Notes under the pieces: generated by a model | Database searches by the model: none | The model's input: only the letters and a program-made list of their open reading frames with translations | Told to the model about the DNA's origin: nothing | DNA from: Epiperipatus broadwayi | Lineage: Eukaryota > Animalia > Onychophora | Reading direction: 5' to 3' | Assembly: GCA_028023455.1 (NCBI GenBank) | Contig: JAQFVV010000006.1 | Location: forward strand, 20,584,001-20,648,000 | DNA length: 64,000 bases | Part shown: positions 49,270 to 64,000 of the stretch, in pieces | Layout of the letters: each line of letters begins with the position of its first letter | Position numbering within the stretch: position 1 is the first letter of the stretch | Program-made: the position numbers and the translations under genes

Positions 49270-49510
49270 GAAGAGACTTTCTAACTAGAAAGACTAATTT
49301 GCAAAAAAAAAGATCATTATTCTGAGTACTATTAAAAATGTATATTAAGATTAAACCATATTCAATAAAAGAAATAAAGAATAAAATATTAAATGTAGTG
49401 CGGAGGATTATTAAACAGTGGAATTGGCAAAACCTTCATTTCCATGTTATAATTAACTGAAATATTTCAAGAGGTAACGCTTAATAATAAAAGTAAATTT
49501 AGTTATTACT
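49270..49510 (+). repeat. Dispersed diverged repeat, second copy at about 56550-56790
   Basis: GAAGA.ACTTTCTAACTAGAAA...TAAT.TGCAAAA and AATATTTCAAGA are shared. Confidence 0.65.
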
Positions 49511-51461
49511 GTTGTTATTATTTTGCTTTCATTTTTGAAAATAAAATAAAATTTTCACGTTCATTTAAATGTATATATATATAATGAAATATTAAACAAT
49601 ATAAATGTTTATTTTAGAAAGATATCTATCAAGTGATTATATATAATTAATAAATGGTGTCATGCTTTTTAAAAAATCAAGAGAAGCTAAATAAAGTATT
49701 AAACCCAGCTAAAGATATATGCAAATAGGCACGTTAGGCAGTATGATTCATGCATTTATAGATAGTCCCACCATATAAGGGTGATGTAATGTATTGGTAA
49801 AGAAATAAAACATGATTTGTATATACTTTATATTCCTTTGTTATAATTTATTAATTCATTAAAATGTTATTTTAAAGTTTAATAATAATTGTACCAATTC
49901 TCAACTTGATTGTATAGCATAGTTTGCTTGTGTGTGTAGTTATAGATTATATAAATCATAAGAAAGAATTCACAGACATCTCAAATTGTGCTATAGCGTG
50001 GATAAGATAATATATAACAAGGAGAAATAAGGATAAGCAGGTCATATAACTCTGAATCTATAAATGACTAAAGTACAAAAACATTTTTATCCTTAAAACA
50101 AATAAAGGTGATTTGTGACTAAATTAATCTTGTAGTCAGTCCTGATGAATATAGAATAATTATTATTAAATAAATATAGTCAGTTCACCAATATTACTGT
50201 ATGGAGATCATATTTTGTGACAGTAGATTACATAAATTGATGATGAGGGTTGACTCTGACAATGATGTCTATTGACAACATGATCTAAACTTAGTTGCGA
50301 GCATTTTGGCATTGACATTTTATTTTAGTAATTGGTCATCTGGCATATTATGACTGTTCAATGTGTGGCATAATGATTAAATAATCAACTGAATCATTAG
50401 TATTGGTGCATAATAATTCTTTATATGAACCAATAAAATATTTAGGATGAATTACCCAAAATTCATGAGATTTAGCATTAATGAACAATAAATAAATAAA
50501 TGACTAAATAGACAATCATGTGAATACAATGGGATTGAATAAATGAATGCAAGATTAGGTAGAGATAAAAAATAGAATAATATATTCATAAGCTAAACTG
50601 GAACAGAGAAGAAAGATTAAGCTAAAGCAATGTTTGAAAAACAGAATATGCCTAGTATATCCAAAACAGTAAGCAACAAGTTTGCTTAGAGGTGATGGAT
50701 TAGTCAAATTTTATGATTAGAATATATTCCAGAAAATTAAAAATTAAGATTTTTTTGAAGCTAAATATAAATTAAGTAAATATAAATGATTACATGATCC
50801 AAAGAAAGAACAAAAATTTAATCTTACAAAATATAGTAAAGATGGAAAACCAAGTTCCACAGAGTCTACAAGAAATGAAAAATCAAATTCCAAAAAATCC
50901 ACAAGAGATAAAAACTCAAACTTTTCTAATTCCACAAGAAGTATAAAATCAAGGTACCTAACAATTAGTAATAAATAATAAAATCATGGCAATAGTGATG
51001 AATATGTTTTGGAAATTCAAATAAAAAATAAAAAGATATAAAATATGAAGCAAAAATAAAGGGTGAAATCAATAAAAAGATGGGAGACAACAAAGAATAG
51101 ATAAAAATAATGTGTTAAGAAAGTTAAAAAATTGTCAAAACTAAAAATATTGTAGAAAAAACTACAAGTACTGTAACAGTTTTAGAAAATTTTCAAATTG
51201 AATTAATATTGAGTTAATACTTTACAAAGAGTTTAGAAATTATTGGAGGAATCTAAAAGTGATGAAGATATTGAGTTTTCTTCTAAAAATATCTTTGTTA
51301 TAGAAATATGAATCACAGCAAATAGAGGCTGAAGAGAAACTGAGAGAAAAAAATCACCTATGGCAAATATATATAAAAAATTTAATCAGAAAAATTATCA
51401 CTTAGAAGTATATTCTTATTTTTCTTATTTTACTTTTTTTGCATTTCTTCATATATTAATA

Positions 51462-51741
51462 TATATATTGCTTACAATAACTCCCCTCATATACATCTTA
51501 ATGCAAATTTTTTTTATAGAGATTCTTTTATTTTCCTGACAGTTTCAACTGTCCTGTAGTCTTCATCAGAGCTATCTTAATCTCCACTACCTTCCTCAAT
51601 TTTTTTTATTTTAAAAGTAGAGGAGATTAAGATCACTCTGATGATGATTACAGAATAGTCGAAACTGTCAGGAAAATAAAAAAATCATTAAAAAAATTTT
51701 GAATTAAAGTGTAAGGGGAGTTATTGTAAGCAATATATATG
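51462..51741. mobile_element. Fold-back pLTR with hammerhead-like cores in both arms (family shared with 56.3 kb)
   Basis: CTGATGA-T-GATTA-CAGAA-TAGTC-GAAA-CTGTCAG at 51638-51671; inverted copy at about 51536-51575. Confidence 0.75.
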
Positions 51742-52740
51742 AAAAATTATCACTCTGGGAATTGATCCAAGTGCTATTGGATTTGAAATTGAAGGGCAAA
51801 TTCAGAGGAAAGAAGAAATTATTTCTAGACAGTAATTTTTCATTTTTAATAATCAGTATCTGTAATATGACAAAACCTTATCAAGATATTATAATTATAA
51901 TGAAAGTACTCTGCATTCAAGATTCTATCTTGAGAAGGAATGTAGCTTGAGAAAAATAAAGCTACTAAACTTGGCATCTAATCAAACAAATGTTTAAATT
52001 AATTTCAAGACTGGTAGATCAAAATAGAAAGCTTTAAATATTAAAGCAAATATAAGCTTTGTGATGTTAAATAAAATTTGGTTTTGGCAAAAGAATAAAA
52101 AAATATTAGACATGAATTAAGAAAGAAAAACTCTAAAAAGTACACTACAGTACTAAAAATAAAGTTTATTTTTATACAGAAATTTATGAATATGAATAAT
52201 AGTGTGGACTGAATGTGATAAACACCAGGACAACTGTGATATTATTGATTGTGCTTAAATTCCAATGAAGATAATCATGATATTATCAGTTACCATTCAT
52301 TAGCTAATTCTATGGAAAATGACTACGATATTTCAACATAAAAGTGAGTAATCTTTATGTTAAAATATATATCAGAATAAAGAAGTAGATAAGAAAAGTC
52401 AAATGGGTTGAGATCTTCAACAGTAGGATGCATTGACATAAAAATGAAATATGTAGCACACTGTAAAATAAATTTCACATGCCAGTATATATCCAAAAAG
52501 AGACTATAACATGGAAATATTTTATCTAGTCATTATTAGGCAAAACTATAAAGAAAATTGAAGCATAATTCAGATATCTGCAGAGAGGCTGAAAATGATA
52601 CAGATCAACTTTAAACACCTGCAAGTTTAGAAAAAAAAATTAAAAGAATAAAAAACATTTTTATCTGATCAAACTTATTACATAACTGTACCAAAATAAG
52701 AAATGCAAGAAATTTTCCTATATAAAAAGGCAGATGAATC

Positions 52741-53370
<630 letters not shown>

Positions 53371-54229
53371 TAAATGTATCTATAAAAAAAGTTTTATTAT
53401 TTATGATGTCAGAAGAAGTGAAAGAGGATGAAGTGTATGTGGATTTTTCATTATTGGGAAACAGGATGTTAGGATTTATTGGTGAATGTTTCTAACATGA
53501 ATGATAACTGAAGATGTCAAATCTGTGAATCTAAGTTTGTTATGCAGAAAAAATAATGGATTCTTTCAGAATATATATTGTTTTTGATAATGAAACTAAT
53601 GTAAAAATCCATAATCTTATTTACTTTCATTTTTCAAGCACAAGATGTATGGTTTATGCATATATATCTTCAAGAAAGTAAATTTTTTGTTATGACCTTT
53701 TCTTAGCATTATATGACTAATCCATGACATATAAAATCTGTGTGTTATCATTATACTTATTGCACCTCAGAGAAAGCAGAGCTAATATTTCTAGATACAA
53801 AGCTAGAAAATAATCTCATTGATTGCCAACTGACATAACAAATGGCATTATTTATGATAAAATTTTTGGTGTGAAAATTTGTTGAAATTTTATTAATAGC
53901 AATATAAACAAATACCCTAAAGCTACAATAAGTTGATATAAAATATAAAAAGCAGGAATCAATATTAGTAAAAGAGATAATATTTTAATAAAAAACATAA
54001 TGTGCATAAAACATTGCACATATACTGAAAACCATGAACGCAACTGCACAAGCATATAAAATAAAACTATAAATATGTTGAATTATTAAAATTAAAATTT
54101 GAATTATAAATATTCATGAATGAAGGAAGAAAATATATTAGAAGAATTAAAAACTCTAAATAATTAATATTTAAAAACAAATGGTTTATTATAAAAAAGT
54201 ATAGTTGAGAATTACTAAAACTAGTATAT

Positions 54230-54450
54230 AATATTTACTAAGGCTGTAACCTCAAGAATGTGTACGTAAAAATGCGATAGTAGGGACCTCTACAGGTCTT
54301 AACTACAAGCTTACATTTTGGAAGAAGAGAGGGGAACCCTTCTTTACTTCAACCTACTTTCTATATAAATAGGTGAAGCTGAAGTGGTTAGATCTGAGAG
54401 CAGGAAGCTATTCAATACTTCACTGATTAAGTCCACATTTCTTAGTATAG
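54230..54450 (+). repeat. Diverged copy of the 35.9-kb LTR/pLTR-like unit
   Basis: Shared AAGGCT.TAACCT, GACCTCTACA, CTTCAACCTACTTT, TATA-like segment and CTTCACTGATTAAGTCCA. Confidence 0.65.
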
Positions 54451-55424
54451 TATAATATTAATTAATAATGAATAAAATGTTGAGAGAGATAATAATACAA
54501 ATCTATTTACCATTTTTAAGAAAAGGTGGTATAAGGTCACTGTTATATAAGCTAATAATTAAAGAAATAGTAAATCAATCAAGTCATACAATTTAACTAA
54601 AAGAAAATAACTATGAAAAATAAAATATTTAAAATCCTATATTAAATTAAGCAAAAAATAAAAGATAAAAATTGTTGTGCATATCAGACATCATTGTCGA
54701 TATTGTATAATAACTTAAATCATGAAATATGGTTATTGTAAAAAAGATCTAACCTTAACATGTATATAGTATTTAAAAAGTGTATATATGAAAGAAAAAA
54801 GCGATTCAGATACATTAAGATTTAAAACAAATGTTTTATAACTTGAAAATTTTTTTAAAAAAAATTAAATTATTTGAATCATTTTTAAAGATTTAAATGA
54901 AAATTTCCTGTGATCATTAAAATTAAATAAATATAATTAAAATATTGTCAAATAATATTCATTATAATTTATATTTAGTGTGTTAGGAAGAAAAATAAAT
55001 TAGACACATTGTATGTTGTGGCAAGGTAAAATTATCAGTCATAAAATCTCTCTGTATCATTTTATAAAAGTAATAAGTATTTTAAATGTCATTTTATATT
55101 ATCAAAGATTATTGAAATTGATGTATATATAAAAAAATAAGGAAATGAATTTTTGTTTATTTATAAGATAATTTGTTTTTAAATTTTAATAACTAATATA
55201 TATAAAGCCAATTTTGAGTTTTAAAAAAAATCAATTTTTATAAAAACTAAAAATGTTAATTAAAGATAGAAAAAAGGAGTAATTTTAAATTATTTTTTGA
55301 TATTTAATTTTAATAATTAATATATGTAAAGTTACTTTTGAGTTTTAATATTTGAAATACAGGCACTCTTCACCTGGAGCCTAATTGTAAATATAGGGGA
55401 TTTGAACTCAGACTTTCAAGCACC

Positions 55425-55537
55425 TTTTAACTATCCACACTATCTCATATCACTGATACACATGGTCACACTCATGTAGAAAAGATCAATTATCACCAAT
55501 ATAAATATTTCGTGCTGACCCAGCTCTCATCAGTTTT
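55425..55537 (-). mobile_element. Family Y pLTR fragment with hammerhead (55495-55537)
   Basis: Minus strand: CTGATGA-GAGCTG-GGT-CAGCAC-GAA-ATATTTAT-A-TTGGT; truncated just upstream of the core. Confidence 0.75.
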
Positions 55538-56194
55538 GAGTTTGAAAAAAATCAGTTATAAAAACTAAATATTTTATTGAAAAAAGGTGCAATCTTAAAT
55601 TTTTTTATTTTAATTTATTAATTATGTAAATCATTAACAAAAGTTCAATCAAAAATAAATATATTATCCATATGCAGAAATTTTCATGTGAATAAATACG
55701 AAAAGACAGAGGAAGTATAGATAAGATGAAAAGCAATACCTATAGTAGTTACTTAATCTTTAGTTTTTTTCCTAGTTATATTTGTAACTGAACCACTTAA
55801 AAGTCAAATTCAGTTTCTAGTTACCAGCATCTAATATATGTTTTCCCAAAGGACTAAAGGAATCATATAAAAAAAAAACCCATTTTAGCATCGAATTTCC
55901 TAAAGAAACAAAACTAAACCGGTATTGAAAAACTCTTCAAGTTAGCATTTTTCAGTTGCAATAATGAAAAAATTATTTCTCAATAGTTTGAATTATAAAA
56001 TGATTTACTTATTCCCAAACTTAGTTCAGCGATTAACATCTAGAAATGTAGTTGTTGGTAAATAATGAATATAAGTCTGTAGAAATATCTTACAACTTTT
56101 CTACTGTTGTTGTACAAAATAAAATGTGGTCCTGAGTTGATAGCTTGTTTTCTAGCCAAAAAGCTGTGGAAAAATAAAAATCAGTCAATGAATT

Positions 56195-56445
56195 AAAATG
56201 AAAATGATATTATACCATTTACAACTTTCTTAAACACTTTATCAATACTCTTTATTTATATCAAAACTAACAGTTTCAGCTATCCTGCAATCATCATCAG
56301 AGCTCTTGTTAATTCTATTGTTAAGAGCTCTGATGATGACTGCAGGACAGTTGAAACTGTTAGGTTTGATATAAATAAAGAATATTGATAAAATGTTTAA
56401 GAAAGTTGTAAATGGTATGATATGAAGTAGAAATCAATACATAGG
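56195..56445. mobile_element. Fold-back pLTR with hammerhead-like cores in both arms
   Basis: CTGATGA-T-GACTG-CAGGA-CAGTT-GAAA-CTGTTAG at 56330-56363; inverted copy at about 56268-56312. Confidence 0.75.
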
Positions 56446-57424
56446 AAAAAGAAGAAGATGAAAATGATATTGTGAAGAAAATTAAACTTAAAAGGAAATA
56501 AAATTCAATGAAGCTATTGATTTCAAAGAATAGCTGGGGAAAATTCAAGATGTTGAAGAAACTTTCTAACTAGAAAAGTTAATCTGCAAAAGACATCTTT
56601 ATTTCAATTAGTATTAAAACTTGTATTAATATTAAATTATGACCAATAAAAGAAGTGAAAATAATTGAAATACTAAATACATTATAAAGAGTTACTGAGA
56701 AGACAAATGGGTGAGACCCTAATTTCCATTATATCATCATAAACTCAAATATTTCAAGAATTTGCATTTAATTAATAAGGGATTAATTAATTTGTAAACT
56801 TTTCTAATTATTATTATTATTTTTAAGATTTTATACATTTGTACTTTTATTTATTTATTCTTTTCCCAATTGTAACTCAAAGGCATAGCATACAGTTTAC
56901 TTATGTATATGATTGTATGTCATAATGGAAAGAAAAGAGTTGAATGTGCTCCAAAGATAAATCACAGTTAATTTAGTAAATAACTAATACTTAAAGAATA
57001 ATATGGATAGATAAGTGAGTCTTTTAAATCTAGAGGTGGATTTGAAGGTATAGAATCATTTTTAAAATAAATAAAATTGATTTGTGCTATCCAATATTGT
57101 TTTCATGATCAGACCAGATAAATAATAATGTTTATTTCTAAAGAAATATAATTCTTTCATCAATATAATTTCATTGAGATAATCAGATTGTGTAAATTAT
57201 TGATGTTGAGTGTCTTTAACAATGACTTAGGTCCTGACCAATATTGTGCTGGTCAAATAAATCTCAGTTTGTAAGCATTTTGGTTTTGATATTTTAGCTT
57301 ATCAGTACATATCTGGTATATGAAGATGTCCAACATTTAGCATGCCCATTAGATGGGCAGCTGCATTATCAGTATTGAGGCACTCATAATTTATCCAGTA
57401 CTATATATATAAATATATAGTGCT

Positions 57425-58940
57425 ATACACATGTTGCCATTTATAGTTTTCTTGTAGTGTATAAATAACTAAATAAAGAAACAATTAAAGATTGTATGTT
57501 TAATATAAAAAAAAATTATTGTTTTGAATGAATGTGAAATAAGTGAAATGCTTATTTATTAAATTTTAAAAAATGAAATATTTTGTTTAAATTATTACTG
57601 AATGATAATAATACCTTACTAGAATTAAAAGAAAAAGAATCACATGATCACAAATCAGGGTTTAAAAAAGAGATTGCATTTTGTGTTGCCATAACTACAG
57701 AAACAATTTTAGCAAGAAGACATATACTTTCTTTTGCTCAAAAACTTGTCTTTATTTCACTTTACTTTTATAAATATATTCAGGACATATAGTAAAGAGA
57801 TATGCAGTATAAGACAATTTAGAGAAAGGGGCATGAACTCTTCCTTCATAAAGTGTCTTTATGATTAGAATGAAATAGATATCACAAACACTATACTGAC
57901 TACCACAAAACTAAAATAATTGAATTCACCTTTGATTATAATATCAACAGGAATAATAATTGGATATACTAATGATTCAAATTGATTAAGGATTCCTATG
58001 TTTGTGTTTTTGCTAGCAAAAAGGTACCAAAGAAAATATTGTCAAATAACGAAATATAAGCTAGAGTCATATACATGCAAACTGTAGTAACAGATGCTAA
58101 TAAAAACCTCCTTTCAAATTAATACGGTCAGATACATTTCATTAAAACAAAAGAGATGATTAAAAAAAGCATAATGATAATTTTAATGTATTAAAGTTTT
58201 CTTGTTATTATTTATATGAAAATATACATTTTTTAAATAGTTTATCTTTAACCCTTTTATGACTGTATGCATTAAATATTTAAAATGTATACGACATCTA
58301 TTAATAGCAATCGTAAGAGAAAAGGGAAAGTAAATTATAAAAATATGTAATAGAATATAAGATTACAGTTGGTAAATTATATTTATGATCTTTATTTTTG
58401 CCACCTCAATGAGTTATTGCTTATTTCAATAAACTTATATTATTAAAATAAGTACTTTGCTTTATCCATTGCATCAATCATTATAAAATTATTTTTGATG
58501 CAATTTATTTCACAATTAAGATAATTCATTGTATATCCCATACTATACTTTATTATCAAATAAGTCATCATTTATTTAATTGTATCTCCTTTGCCAAGCA
58601 AGATATTCATTCTCTGGACCATTGGTACCTTACAAAATTCATGAGTCTATTGTAAATATAAATTTAAATTTTCATACAACCAATTATAAATCAATATATT
58701 TATTAATCTATTTCAATTATATATTTTACTTACCTAAGTACAACATTTATGCATTTGTAGGCCAGCTGCCATGTTCAGTTATAACATTTTATTATATTCA
58801 TGCAAACAGTACTTATTTTACCTTTCCATTTTGGAAGTCTTTATTAGTTTTCCTTTACATTTGGTTCATCCAACAAGGAAATATTGTTACTTATGAGACA
58901 ATGTTGTCTCCCTAGCCTTGTTTACTTATAGTTTAGAATA
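57425..58940 (+). repeat. About 1.5-kb diverged segmental duplicate, copy 1
   Basis: Collinear with 61739-63430 from TACACATGTTG to GTTTAGAATAA. Confidence 0.85.
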
Positions 58941-59912
58941 AATATTCCTTTCCATTTTGGCTGCCCAATAAGAACTTGAGTATTTATCCATGACCCATGA
59001 GAGATTTAAAGTTGTATAATATGAGGTAGATAGAAGTAAAATATTTGATTAATGATCACAATTAGTATCAGTTATTTTTGTGTATACTAGTGTTACATTA
59101 AACAGAGTAATGACTGAATAGATAATATTTTTTTTAAATTTATAGTTGAGCTTTGATAAGGGTTTGAATCTAGGGTGGATTGTTGAAATGTTTTTCTGAA
59201 AAATAAAGGTGTAAGAATACATGAGATAGCAAAGTTGTAAAATTTCTTATAAATAAAATGTTTACAGATATGCCAAAAATGGGCATGAGATGACAAAGTA
59301 CCAGATGATCATCCCTGGGCTTGTCATATAATAATAAAATAGAAGAGTTTATGTTTGTGATTTCAAAGCATTAGATATGTGTTATATGTTAGTAAAATGC
59401 CAAAACAATATGGACTCATTACTAATAAATATTGTTAAATTTTCCTCTGAAGCAACTGCAAAACAAATCATGAAAAGTATTTGAAGCTATTTTATTGAAA
59501 GATATAGGACCTTAGTTATATTGGAAAATATGTGGAAACATTAGTTCTCACTGTTCAGATTTGTTGATAAGTGCATAAAGCAAAGTCTTTTGGGCATAGT
59601 CATAAAATTTATGCTATGCAGTACACAACATAAGTTGAATTTTAAAATAAAAAAATTAATTTATACACATTAGTTTGGAATGATAACATTGTGGAGAGGT
59701 AAATCAATCACTATAGAATAGTGATGTTATTGCAGTATTTTATAGTAAAAGAGTATATTATATGAGTTGAAATGAGTGTGAGTAGGGATTTAATTGATTT
59801 GTAGAATTCAGCATATAAAGCAAAGTAGAGAAAAGTCTGAGATATTAAATTAAGGAGGAAGAAAGCCTTTTTTTTTTCTAAAATAAAGTCAAATACAAAT
59901 CTGATATAAATT

Positions 59913-60460
59913 ATGGAAACTGAAAAAGAGTTAGATGTGTTAGGACAGGGAAGAGAAGCTACTAAGGTCTTTGTTACATCAAAAATTAATCAAAGGGAAT
60001 ATATAATGGCAATGCTGCAGAGCTTAATGTTAGAAATTAATCAAAGTCAGGAGAAATCAAAGAATCTAATGAGTAAGATTGATGAAAATCAAGAAAAATG
60101 TGACAAGAATCAAATGGGAATAAAGCAAATTCAAGAAGAACTTAAACTAGAAATGAAACAAGATCAGGAAATGTTAATCATGAAGATAGAAGAGGGTCAA
60201 TATCAGTTAGAGAATAGGTTGAAATAAGAGATCAAGTATATGCATATAGATTTAGTTCATAAAATAAAAATGGAATAAGAGGAAATACACAGCTTGAAAG
60301 TCAAGTTTAATGAACTAGAGAGTAAAATGAAACAGACTCATAATCAAATGCAAATAAAAATTAGTAAGTTGGAAGATAGTATAGAGAAAGGGTGAAATTT
60401 TACTCAAGAGATAGAAATTAAGACAGAAAAGTATAGATAGGAATGCCAAAATAAAGGTAA
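59913..60460 (+). mobile_element. Degenerate coiled-coil ORF, possibly an LTR-retrotransposon gag-like remnant
   Basis: The 104-aa E/K/Q-rich ORF continues in frame past stop codons (EIKYMHIDLVHKIKMEIEEI..LKVKFNELESKMK). No diagnostic motif seen. Confidence 0.4.
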
Positions 60461-61262
60461 AAATCCTAAAAACTGGATTAAATGAGTATCAACAAATTAA
60501 TAATAAAGAGTTTGAGAAGGTACAGAATAGACAGGGTCAAGAGGTTCAAAGTTTGGAAACTCAGATAAAGTGGCATTATGATATTAGTTTGGATATAATG
60601 CCATCCAAAGTAAATGACCAGATTTCATTAAAGGATAATTCAATCACAAGTTTAAATAATGGTGAGAGATGTAAGATTTTGTCAGTAGAGATAAAACATT
60701 TAAAAATCTAAATGGTTTCTAACCATAAAGTATGTAGTCATGAATGCAGTTATATTGACTTGTGACACAAGAATTTGTCTCAATTACAGTGTAATGCCAG
60801 TAATATGTTTTGGATTTGGGAGAATAGTCATTTGGAAAATATAGTTTATTGCAAGGCCATTATTAAATGCATCAATTGTTATGGATATAATAGTAAATAT
60901 CCATTTTGTGATGGCTACATTCATAGTTTTAGCTAATGTAAAGAATCAATATTGATCAGAAATAAAAGGATTGATTTTGTTGATAAAAATTTATGAAACT
61001 TATATAACACTATAGACTTATTTTTCAAATATCCAGTTGGAATAAAATGTAAGGGTGCTAATAAATAAAATTGCTGTAAGAAATTTATCTTGTTAATTGT
61101 AGTATGTTTAAAAAAAGTACAAGACACATAATTGCACATAATCATTGATGTCATTGTTGTGGTTTAATATTAATTAACCATGAATTATTCATACAATGTT
61201 CAGTTGGTCATGATAATCTTGTTAATTGTTTTGGATTGTTTTCATTGTTTTTATTAAGGTGG

Positions 61263-61725
61263 GATGTGATGATGTGATGTGATGTACTGTGGCTTCTCCT
61301 TAAACAAAGTCAAGAATATCTTAGCAATTATGCCAGATAAACCTGTTAGCCACTTTAATTTCCATTCCCCACTCTAAGTTTTCCCATATTCTGCTCCATC
61401 CCATTTCCACAACATAATCTTTGTCAACTCTATGGCCTTTATATCTAAATCCCCCTTATCTTTTCGCAAACCCAGCATAAAAATAACTCACTTTCTGTAT
61501 TGTCACTTTGTTCATACCTATTCTCTCATAACTTCATTATCTGCACCCTTTCTGCTTTCAAGCATTTACATTCAATCAACAGATGCCTAATATTTTCTAT
61601 ACCTTCCTTACACAATTTGCACACTAAATCACCCATAATTTTCCATTTACATGTATATTCTTTTGTTGCTAAAGATCCCGTTTGAACCTTAAACAATAAA
61701 CTGCTTTCCTTACTATTATCATAAA
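61263..61725 (-). mobile_element. Non-LTR retrotransposon 3' end with a CX2CX8HX4C motif and (CACAT)n tail
   Basis: SLLFKVQTGSLATKEY...VCKLCKEGIENIRHLLIECKCLKAER (ORF 61526-61753); GATGTGATGTGATG tail. Confidence 0.85.
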
Positions 61726-61738
61726 TTAATATGTGATG

Positions 61739-63430
61739 TACACATGTTGTCACCTATAGTTTCCTTATAGTGTATAAGTAACTAAATAAATAAAACAATT
61801 AAAGGTCATATGTTTAATAAAAAATATTTATGGTTTTGAAGGAATCTGAAATAAGTGAACTATTTATTTATTAAGCTTTAAAAAATTAAATATTTTGTTT
61901 AAATTATTATTGAGCAATAACAATGCCTTATTAGAATTAGAAAAAAAAAATCCATGATATCAAGTCATTGTTTAAAAAAGAAAAAGACTGCATTTTGTGT
62001 TTTCATAGTTACAAAAACAATTTTAGCAATAAGACACATACTTTCTTTTGCTCAAAAATTTGTGTTTATTTTACCTTACTTTTATAAATATATTCAGAAC
62101 ATATAGTTAAAGAAATATATACTATGGGCAAAAAAATCTAGAGGAGGCATAAACTCTGTTTTCATTTGGTATCTTTATGATTAAAATGAAATGGATATCA
62201 CAAACACTATGCTGACCACCATAGAGCTAAGATAATTGAATTCATCTTGGATTATAATATCAACAGGAATAATAATTGGACATCATCTAAGAATTAAAAT
62301 TGCTTATGGATCCATATGTTTGTGTTTTTGCTAGCAAAAAGATACCAAATAAAATGAATAATGAAATATCAACTGAAGTCATGTACATGCAAATTGTGGT
62401 AACAGATAATAATAAAAACCTTTGAAATTAATACTGTCAGATAAGTTTCATTTAAAAAAAGAAAAGAAATGATTAAAAAAGCATAATGATAATTTTAATG
62501 ATAAACATTTATTAAAGTTATTTTTTATTAATAATTTTTATTAATATAACTTCCTTAGCATTCATTGTCATTTAAACAATATGAGAAATATACATTTTTT
62601 AAAAATAGTAGCAATATTAAAACTTTTATTATTTTGCTTAAATAGTCTATCATTAACCCTTTTATGACTGTATGCTTTATAATTTAAATGCATATCATAT
62701 CTATTAATTGCAATCTAAAAAAAAGAAGAGCTAAATTATAAAACATAGATTAGATTGCAGTTGGTAAATTAAAATTAAAATTTTTATTTTATTCACCTCA
62801 ATGAATTAATACGTATTTCAATAAATTTATATTATTATTATTAACCTAAGTCCTTTGATTTATCTATTGCAACAACAATTCAAAATTATTTTAGTATGCT
62901 ATTTATTTTACAATTAAGATAATTCATTGTACATTCTATGTTATAGTTTATCATTTAATAAGTCATAATTTATTAAATTGTATCTTTTTTTCCAAGCAAA
63001 ATACTCATTCTCTGGGCCATTGCCACCTTACAAAATTTATAAGTCCATTGTAAATATAAATTTAAATACCATACAACCAGTTGTGAATTAACATATTTAT
63101 TCATCTATTTTAGTTATATATTTTAATTGCCTATGTACAATATTTATATAATATATTTTAGAGTGCCCAAATATCCAATATATAAGTGGAGAAACCACTT
63201 GATTTATGATTTAAGTATTACATGTGGTTTCCAAATCTATGAAACACTTATAGGACAGCTAGCCATGATTACCCAAATATATAAGCCATTCAATGAACCA
63301 CATTTATTTTATCTTTAATTTTGGTAGTCTTTATTAGTTTTTCTTTACATTGGGCTCATCCAATGAGAAAATATTATTTATGAGATAATGTTGCCTCATT
63401 AACATTGTTCATATAGGGTTTAGAATAATT
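61739..63430 (+). repeat. Segmental duplicate, copy 2
   Basis: Collinear with 57425-58940, with small insertions. Confidence 0.85.
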
Positions 63431-63893
63431 TTTCTTCACATATAAAGCACATATAGGCATATATAATGTTCAATATTACCTTTCAAATGTCATTATTTTT
63501 CAGAAATGCCCTCTATGAATAAATATGACTTGTGATGTTTGAAGTTCAGAGTTTATATTTATTCATAGAGGGCGTTGCTGAAAAACATGCATGGGAGGGT
63601 GATTTGAACATTTTGTATTTGAATTTTCCGCTAGTGATATGCATAGGTATATTTTCATATATATATATATTAAATCTTCTTGAATTCATTGATTTATCTA
63701 GTAAGGTATATATATTGAATAAAAAAACTTTCACTGATTTCAAGTGATAAAAACTTTAAAAGAATTCTCTTTATATTTATAAATACCTTTCCAGCTAAGA
63801 TATAATGTAACAAAATATCAATTACAGTGATTGCAAACTGTCTGATATATTTTTAAGTCAAAAATAAATTTACTTTTAATTTTTTTTTCTCAT

Positions 63894-63988
63894 GTGTCAT
63901 AGCGTCAGCCGGGAAGCAAACCCACTAACCTGGGACAACTGCTTGTATAGCAGCTGTCTCTGACCTCTCGACCACCAATGCTTGACTA
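63894..63988 (-). mobile_element. tRNA-Gly-derived SINE head
   Basis: Minus strand GTAGTCAAGCATTGGTGGTCGAGAGGTCAG...CCCGGCTGACGCTATGACAC matches 11835-11927. Confidence 0.75.
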
Positions 63989-64000
63989 CTTCTAAATTTT

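Overview
Very AT-rich, CpG-depleted animal genomic DNA, probably arthropod (inferred from the tRNA-Gly type, a TCAGTT initiator and a nad2-like NUMT). It has a 500-N assembly gap at 7877-8376. There is no complete, identifiable protein-coding gene and no CRISPR array. Most of the window is a graveyard of retroelements: RTE-clade LINE fragments, LINE 3' ends with a CCHC motif, tRNA-Gly(UCC)-derived SINE copies, and many Penelope-like element (PLE) remnants. The PLE remnants carry more than 20 hammerhead-ribozyme-like motifs from several families, often as fold-back inverted repeats. The most notable item is a duplicated non-coding locus (about 190-1365 and 6090-7740). Each copy holds two long imperfect hairpin cassettes, A (453/477 nt) and B (298/233 nt). 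These pair only on the + strand, with many G·U wobbles, and show compensatory base changes between copies. A and B share related terminal stems and occur in swapped order in the two copies. The second copy sits behind a canonical TATA+Inr Pol II promoter and splice-donor motifs. This looks like an unannotated structured-RNA (hairpin/siRNA-precursor-like) cassette system. All pairings were derived by hand, not by folding software.
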